Shown here in pieces: positions 42,401 through 51,400 of a DNA stretch of 64,000 nucleotides. Under the pieces are notes generated by a model. It was given only the letters and a program-made list of their open reading frames with translations. It ran no database searches and was not told where the DNA came from. Position 1 is the stretch's first letter, and each line of letters opens with the position of its first letter. Source of the stretch: Lytechinus pictus (taxonomy: Eukaryota). The stretch lies in assembly GCF_037042905.1 (NCBI RefSeq), contig NC_087251.1, positions 11,968,001 to 12,032,000 on the forward strand, written 5' to 3'. Both the position numbers and the translations under genes were made by a program.

Positions 42401-45400
42401 GTTAGCATTCAGGGCTTGCCAGAGGTCCTTCCGCCGTCTCCCCTGCTGAACGTTGTGGAATGAAACCACATCTTCTACCAATCTCAACAAGATAAGAAGA
42501 ACAAGTTCAGTCTGACTATCCTGTAAAGAGAAGATTTCATATAATCCACCTCATATTATGTTGTATGGTCTTTCTTAGTCTGATTTTGAAACTTAACGGT
42601 AGACGTCCTTTTATTCACTGAACAATTTGTGTTTATAGTAGTATGATTGTAGATAAAACAGTTCTTAGATGCCTGGATTTGATGGCTAGTCAGGTTTAGC
42701 ACTTCTTGGTAATCTTCTACAGCATCGTTGCTGGGAGAGGGAGTGGAATTTACCATATTTTTATTGCCCTCACATATAATGTCACTTCATTTGATGAAAA
42801 TGTAGCATCCTTCAATCAGGGATGCCAGTGGCAAATGGTCCCAGGGCCTGAACTTTTTTTGGAAGGGAAATTATGTGCGCGAAGCGCACATGACGAGCGC
42901 GAAGCGCGAAGTCCCATTCGGCCAGGGTCCAGGGCCCGTCCAAGGGCCCTGGAAGCTCTAGGGTTCTAAATGGTCTCTGATGCAATCTGAGCCTATTTTA
43001 GGGATCATTTTCCCAAAAATTTAGCTCAAGTTTTGGGCATTTTTTTATGTTGCAGAGCCTCAACTTACAATTAATTCATGAAAAATAATCCAAGAGAAAC
43101 GTTCCACTATTGTCTTTGTTCTCCAACTACTTCCACTGGAATTTGTTCTTGATTCCACTGTCTATTTGCTTAATGTTGGTTCCTCTTTCAACATCCATAC
43201 TTGTTGAAAAATTATGATTAAATCCACAATCGAAACGGAGAATCAGCTCAGTAGAACAACGTGAATTGAACGGGAGCGCGAAATCACCGTGTATGGCCGG
43301 TATAGGCATACACATCGCGCAGCGAATGCATGGCCATGCAACCCATGCCGCTATCGCATTTGTATTACACTAGACTCAAATACAGTCGTTTTATCAAAAT
43401 TCAAAGTTACGTTCAGAATCCATACACGTTATAATGCACGGCGATCAGTCACCACCAATCACATACATATAGTGCAGTCTAGCAAAATGCGACCATATAC
43501 ACACACGCACAAAAAACCTTTATTAAAACTAGCGTTTAACTGACCGGCTCGTACGAGTCTAATTCCATTATATCACAGGATTTTTTCTTGCACAATAGCT
43601 TAGGTACATGTAACAGCCGTACGGAGCAAAGACATCTCATTGAACGGCCGGATCTGGCCGTTGACAGTTCTGTCCGGCCTGAGAAAACTCGACCAGCCGG
43701 AACTTAAGGTAAAAAAAATGAAAAAGCCGGAATTCCGGCTATAGCATCTCTGGCATCCCTGTTCAATGTTACAAACTTCTCAGACAGGTCATTTATTTTT
43801 GCAAAGCAAGTAAGCATGTAGTTTTGTCTGTGGGCTCAAGCTAAATGATGCTATACTTCTTTTAGTATTCGAGGCATCCAAATTTCTATACTTTTGGGGA
43901 AACTTTTAAGGCAAGGTCATTTGGGGCAATGTCTCTATCATGGTACAAATGAAATAGGGAACGATTGAATTTTTTAAAACCCTTGTCAAGAGAGTGTATT
44001 GAAGTAATTCCAAAGGGCATCCATGACCATGAAATTCAATGACCTTTGATTAATTTTAGTATTAACATGCAAACGTATATATGGATAGCATCTTCATTAA
44101 ATAATAAAACCTCAATAAAAGCAGGTACACTAACCCCAATTTGACACATCTGATCGAGCTCCTCCAGTAAGCTTGGCCATTGTTGAGGCCATTCTCTTTT
44201 GATCATCTCAACAACAATCTTCACTGGGCCCTCTTTGATGAAGTTCTCCTCTTCCAGGACATTGGTGCTCTTCTGAATGGGGATATAACAATAAAGATAT
44301 GTTTAAAAAATATTGAATACTGAGTGCAAATTTATCAGTGCAAATTCTAGTATTTCATACAAGTATTAGCCAACAACTTGAAATACCAATGAAGGTGATC
44401 AATGATTACTATCCTAACCTTCATCACATCACCTGACACATCTAAAAACTGTGTCTTCCACATCCTTAATGAAGGTCAATGTGCAGGACTAAGTCTCAAT
44501 GATTACTGGGCAAGAACCAAGAAAGTAGTCACTACCAACTCAATATTTACCCTTTATTTATTGCCATAATAGCTTGTTACAATGGCAACATCGTGCCAAA
44601 CACCGAAAGCTTTCAAAAGTGATAACTTTACCTTAGTGATCATTTCTATCGTCAGGTTCTTGAACTGTAATTTCTGTTCCACAGTAGCATCATTCCATTT
44701 GAATCTGAGAAGAATGAAACATGAAAAATCAATTAAAATGAACAATGCACATCAAAGGATTGCGTGATAACAGAAAACTAAGAGTAGGGGAGACCGGGGT
44801 TAGTTGGAACATGGGGTAAGTTGAAACATTGTAATTTTCTCTAACGTCTTTAAATAAATTTCTGCAATACTGCCCTCAATTTATTGTCATTATCAACAGC
44901 CATCCACCATATTACAGACAACACATATGCAACAAGCCTGGTGAAGTTAGAAACAAATTTTTGTTTTTTGACCTTCTGAGTAATTTTTTTCTTGTTCAGA
45001 AATGTTTGATTATCTCGGAGAAGTTTATAGATCAAGTTGGCCAGTTTAGGGGTATAATAGACACTTATACCAAGCTACAAAATGAGGTTATTAATATGCC
45101 ATGGTGAAGTCCCTTTTTTGTGGTGTAAGCTTATAAACGTCAAATGGGCCTCCGGGGTTAGTTGGAACAAAGTTGAAGGGGCTAGTTGGAACATGTTCCA
45201 ACTTACCCCAAACATAATTATGAATAAAAATATTGGATTTGATGAAAAAAAATATATAAAGTATTTCACACTCTTTTGAACATGTATTGTATACCATGCT
45301 TGTTTTGTTTATCAGTTAGGTCTGAGTGTGCATTTAAGGCCTATTGTAGGCACCTAATGCAATATTAACCCTTATCAAATTGGGGGGGGGGGGGGTGTCA

Positions 45401-48400
45401 ATTTGAGCCCCCCCCTCGAGAAATTTCGTCACTACGCTGTCGCACAAATATTTTTACTACACTGCTCGCTGACTTTTTACTTTCAAGTCTTGCGCATCAT
45501 ATTTGAGACCAAATTTGCGATGCCTGTGTGCGCGATTTCAAAATTACCCAACAAATTGTACGTGCATGTTCGGACCCAAAATTGTTCAAAAACGTGATTC
45601 CATGTACAAGGTCAATGCAAATTGTGTTTTTCAACCAAAAGTCATAAATGTATGATTAATTTTTTTACTTTTGCTGGTTCAAATAGATTAATTTTATGCT
45701 ATTTATGATCGCAAAAGACTCCTGACAAAGTCCATAGGAAAAAACAAAGCTTTGAAAAAACAAAAATACAAATAAAAGACAAAAAATACATAAGAAATTG
45801 TATTTTTTGCATTTTTTGGTGGATATTTGTTTTGTGAAAATTGATACTCCACCAAAAATTAGCATTCTACTAGCTTAATATATAGAGTTAAAGGTAAAAA
45901 CTAAAAAAAAAAAAAATTTAGAGAAAATTTTATATGCTTATTTGCATAATTAATTATGAAAACAATATAAACAATTAATTTTTGTCTTATAAATTTGATG
46001 CAGAAGTACATGAAATTGCTGATAGTACACTTAATTGTATGTAAACTCAGATGCACCCAAATATTCAGAATTCTACTACACAGTCTGCTTGTGTGAGTGG
46101 CTGTATAAAAGAAAACATAAAGTTCAACGAACCCACACTTTAATATTTTGAACTTGAATAAGATAAAGCAAATAGGCTAAAACCATGTAATATTACAGTT
46201 TTAAGTAGTTTTAGTATAATTCTTAATTGACCATCCAGTGTTCCAACTTACCCCATACCATGTTCCAACTTACCCCGATATGGGGGTAAGTTGGAACTTT
46301 TGCGATGGTCTTGTTAAAGGAGAATGAAACTCTTGGAACAAGTTAGCTTTTGTGAAAGCAGAAAAATCAAAGAATAAGATCAACAAAACTTTGAGAAAAA
46401 TAGGACTAGCAATAAAAGAGTTATGAGCATTTGAATGTCGAGATCACTAATGCTATGGAGATCCTCCCATTGGCAATGCGACCAAGATCTGTGATGTCAC
46501 ACACGTACATGTTGTGTTTGTAAGACTGTGCTAACAGTCAACGTCGAGGGCTCAATCCCCTTTATGTACACATGATCTGAATATGATCGGACATCTTGGA
46601 ATAGATTAAATCATCTCAACTTCTAAATTCATTGTATCTAGTTTTATGTCTCTGAGTTCCTAAATACTACATCTGGCGACGAGAATGGCTGGAATAGGTC
46701 TTGTAGCACCTAACCCATTCCTAGCAACCCCAGGAGAACCTCCTGTGCCTTGGTCACGATGGATTTTGAGCTTCAAAACGTATTTGACTGCAAGCGGGTT
46801 GGACACAGCGGAGATACCCGACCTCCGCCGCCGCGCAATCCTGATCCACTGTTTGGGCGCAGAGGGGCAGCGGATCTTCGGACAGCTGGAAGTGTCTACT
46901 ACCGGTACGTACGATAAAGCTGTTGATGAACTTGAGAAATATTTTGGGCCAAAAACAAGTGTGATGATTGAACGATATCGTTTCCGACAGAGAGTACAAG
47001 GTCATGGGGAGCCAGTAAAACAATATGTGGCAGCCATAACCGAACTGGCATCCAAGTGCAAGTTTGGCACCTTAAACGATGAACTGGTTAGAGATCAACT
47101 AATCGAAAAGACGTCTATTCCCCGTATTAGAGAACGTCTGTTAATGGAGGATGACGGTCTGACACTTAAGAAGGCGCTCGATCTAGCGATCCAGATCGAA
47201 GCCGCAATGCTGGACGCCAAGCTCCTCAAACAACACGATGTGACTGTGAGTGCCAGTACAGGACATAGTCATACTGCACATCAGGCAACTCCAGTACAGA
47301 ACATCAAACGACCATATCATAACAAAGCCCGCTCTAACCATGCTAACTTGAAGTCGTGTTCGAACTGCGGACGGACACACCCTCCGAAAGCGTGTCCAGC
47401 GTTTGGAAAACGTTGCAATTCGTGCTCGAAGATGAACCATTTCTCTAGCGTATGCAGATCTACCAAGAAAAGTGCATCTTCAGTTCGACACGTTGATGAA
47501 TCAATAGAGGGCGACATAGCAAGCAGCGTGTTCACACTCTCAGACCGGATTTCTTCAGCAAATTCAGGTCAGTTCAAAGAATGTGAAGTGCAGATTGCTG
47601 GTACTAACCTCTCTTTGATGATTGATGTGGGGGCCAAAGTGTCAATTCTTAGTGATAAACTGTATCATCGACATTTCTCACATTGTAGCCTGTCATCCAC
47701 ATCGAGCAAGCTCATAGCATATGGTGAACCACCTACACTGATTTCCGTTCTGGGCACGGTTGAGCTTCCTGTCGGGTACAAGGATGTACATCTCGACAGC
47801 TTTACGTTCTACATAGCGAAGGGCGAGAGCCTTATTGGAGTCAATCTGTTCGACGCCCTAGGATTTCAGATGAACGACCACACTGGTGAACGCATTCGGC
47901 TCATAGACAATGCGTATAGAGAACGCTATGCTGCACTTTTCAACAAGTTTGGTAAATGCAAAGGATATTGCCATGCACCAAGGGTGGATTCCTCAGTCCC
48001 ACCTACTGCACAGAGTCTCCGTCGACTTCCGTTAGCTGTCAGGGATGAAGTCTCAAAGGAACTTCATAGGCTTGAATCCGATGGCATCATCGAGCGCATC
48101 GATTCATCCCCGTGGGTGTCTAATCTGGTCATCGCACGCCGTAAGAATGGAGATCTTAGACTTTGTGTAGATTTGAGGGCAGTCAACAAGGCAATCATTC
48201 CGGATAAGTATCCACTTCCTACTATGAATGAACTTTCAGCTTCATTCCACGGAGCTAAAGTTTTCTCTAAACTAGACATGAGACGTAGCTATCTCCAGGT
48301 TCCGCTAGCAGAGCAGAGCCGCCATCTCACTGCATTCAACACACACATAGGCATGTTTCAGTATCGCCGTATGCCCTATGGACTGAATTCAGCACCTAGC

Positions 48401-51400
48401 GCATTCCAGAAAATCGTTTCTTCAGTTCTAGCTGGAATCGAGGGCACGTTGAATCTCCTTGATGATGTGGTAGTCTTCGGAGAGGACAAGGCTCAGCACG
48501 ATCAACGATTAGCAGAAGTCATGACGCGCCTCGCCAAGCATAACTTGACGCTCAACGAGGCCAAGTGCACGTTCGCTGCTTCGGACATTGATTTTCTGGG
48601 ATATCATGTCACTGCAAGTGGTCTGACGCCTACACTCGACAACGTTGCAGCTATCCGAACACTCCCAGCCCCAACGAATGTGAAGGAGCTAGCCTCATTC
48701 TTGGGAACAACGAACTTCTACCGCAAATTCGTGCCACAATACGCAGAAATCGCAGAACCTCTGCAGAAGCTTCTCCGGAAGGACGCGCTTTGGGAATGGC
48801 ACAACGCACAAGAGACCGCATTCAACACGCTCAAAGGAAGAATCGCAGAGCCGCCAGTTCTCGCTCACTTCACTCCAAGCGCTGAAACGTACGTGACTAC
48901 AGACGCATCAGCGTTCGCTATCGGAGCAGTGTTATCGCAAACGATCGACGGCAGTGTACGTCCGGTCGCATTCGCATCTCGAGCGTTGTCGGACACAGAG
49001 CGAAAGTATTCTACAGGAGAACGCGAAGCTCTCGCATGCATCTATGCCTGCGAACACTGGCATATGTACCTCTACGGTCGCAAGTTCACACTTCGTACTG
49101 ACCATCAAGCCTTAACAACCTTGTTGAGCACTTCAGGATCTGGACACCGCCCACTCCGCATCTACAGATGGTCAGATCGACTACACCAATATGATTTCAA
49201 GGTCGAATATCTCGCGGGTTCACGCAACCGAGTAGCAGATATGCTTAGCCGTACACCGAACGCGAATAGCAATCGCGATAGCCATGCAAGAAGCGACATC
49301 GAAGACGACGTCGAAGACTACGTTCTTATGGTGATCTCTCACGTGACCGCAAAGCTTGTGACGTGTGAGCAGCTGAAAACAGAGTCAGCCGCAGATGCAA
49401 CTCTACAGAAGGTCTGTCATTATCTCCAAACAGCATGGCCTAGAGAGATTTCCGAAGACCTCGTTCCATATCATCGTGTTCGCAATGAGCTAGCTATCTT
49501 CGACGACACGTGTATCGCCCGTGGCACCCGAGCGGTAATCCCGAAATCGCTTCAACATCGTGTGTTACAAACCGCACATGAAAGTCATCCAGGTGTGGTG
49601 AAGATGAAGCAACGATGTCGCGAAGCAATCTGGTGGCCAGCGATCGATCGACGCGTAGAAGATCTCGTCAGATCTTGTGAAGCGTGTACTCTCAGCGAGA
49701 AAACTCAACCGCGGCCAGCACCACTGCAGCCGACCCCATGGCCGAAGAAGCCATGGCAGCAACTTCAAGTCGACATCTTTGGGGAAGTCCAAGCCGCTCC
49801 TCAAAGTCAGCGATTTTTGTTAGTTGTACACGACCTCCATAGCAAGTGGCCTGAGATAGCAGCAACAAGCTCAGTCACTACGACATCAGTCATTAGCATC
49901 TTGGAGAAGATGTTTACCAAGTGGGGTCTTCCAGAATCTATCACCACGGACAATGGACCACAGTTCACGTCTGAACAGTTCGAAGAATTCCTAGCCGTTA
50001 ATGGAATTCAACATCGCCTCACAACTCGCTACAACCCTCAAAGCAATGGCGGCGTAGAGCGTTTCAACCGGGTAATCAAGGAGAGCTTGAAAGCGAATCT
50101 CGCAGATGGAATGACCTTCGATAAGGCCATCCAGACCCTACTACGCACGTATCGCTCAACACCTCATTCGCTAACCGGAAAAACTCCAGCAGAGTTGATG
50201 TTGGGACGGAACCTCCGTATGCCATTCAACATCCTGAAACCACCGGTTTCAGAGCCTGCAAGCACACAGGCTGAAGCGAGAGAGATTGAGAGGAAACAGC
50301 AAAGCATGAAAGCGTACACTGACAAACGCAGACGAGCAATCACACCGAAATTCGCTATCGGTGACTGGGTTCGTGTAAAGCGTCCAAATCGCAAGCACAA
50401 GCTAGCTTCGGGGGTATCGAAACCCAAACAGATCGTGAAGAAGCTCGGCTCGAATGCATTTGTACTAGATGACGGAACGCGATGGAACACCAGACGCCTT
50501 ATCGCGAGCAAGCCAGGCAACATGAATGAAAGCGATTGGGAAGACACCTTTCCATTCCCTACAAACACTGAAGATCAAGAGCAACAGCGAGCAGAACCGC
50601 GAACTGTTCGTCGTTCTCAGCGTCTAAGGAGACGACCTGGATATCTACGAGATTACAGATCTTAAATCCTTAGAGCCGACAAGTATTGAGCATAGAAATT
50701 AAAAAACTGGAACGTTTAAGTTTTGGACTCATATGAAACAATTGCTCAATATAGGCTAATAAAATTTCAGACTTGTTGTTAATAAACAAGTTTTATTTTC
50801 TGGACTCATAAACTTTTGAACTCATATCTGGACTTAGTTATATAACATTATTCATCTCTTTAAAGGAGGGAAATATGTTGTGTTTGTAAGACTGTGCTAA
50901 CAGTCAACGTCGAGGGCTCAATCCCCTTTATGTACACATGATCTGAATATGATCGGACATCTTGGAATAGATTAAATCATCTCAACTTCTAAATTCATTG
51001 TATCTAGTTTTATGTCTCTGAGTTCCTAAATACTACAGTACAACTCTCCCATTTGGACACTGAAAATATACCCCAAAACATCTCTTTTTGCTCATTCTAA
51101 TCATATGACAAACGATTCATCAATGATATAATGTTGTGAAACCTCTGTACTTGTCATCTCATAAAGAGAACACCTCACCTTGTGATAGACTCTATAAAAG
51201 TGAGAATATAAGTGAAATAAGTACTAAAGTAATGAGGGAGTTGTACGTGTGTGATATCACAGATCTTGGTCGCATTGCCGTTGGGAGGATCTACATGGCA
51301 CTAGTGATCTCAATATTCGAATGCTCATAACTTTCTTATTATTCATTCAATCTTCCTCAAACTTTCAACAATATGTTTCTTTGATTTTTCTCTTTGATAT

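Noticed and set aside
46754..50568. Several minus-strand ORFs inside the Gypsy element
   Set aside because: Antisense shadows of gag-pol; no recognisable motifs and no env-like ORF
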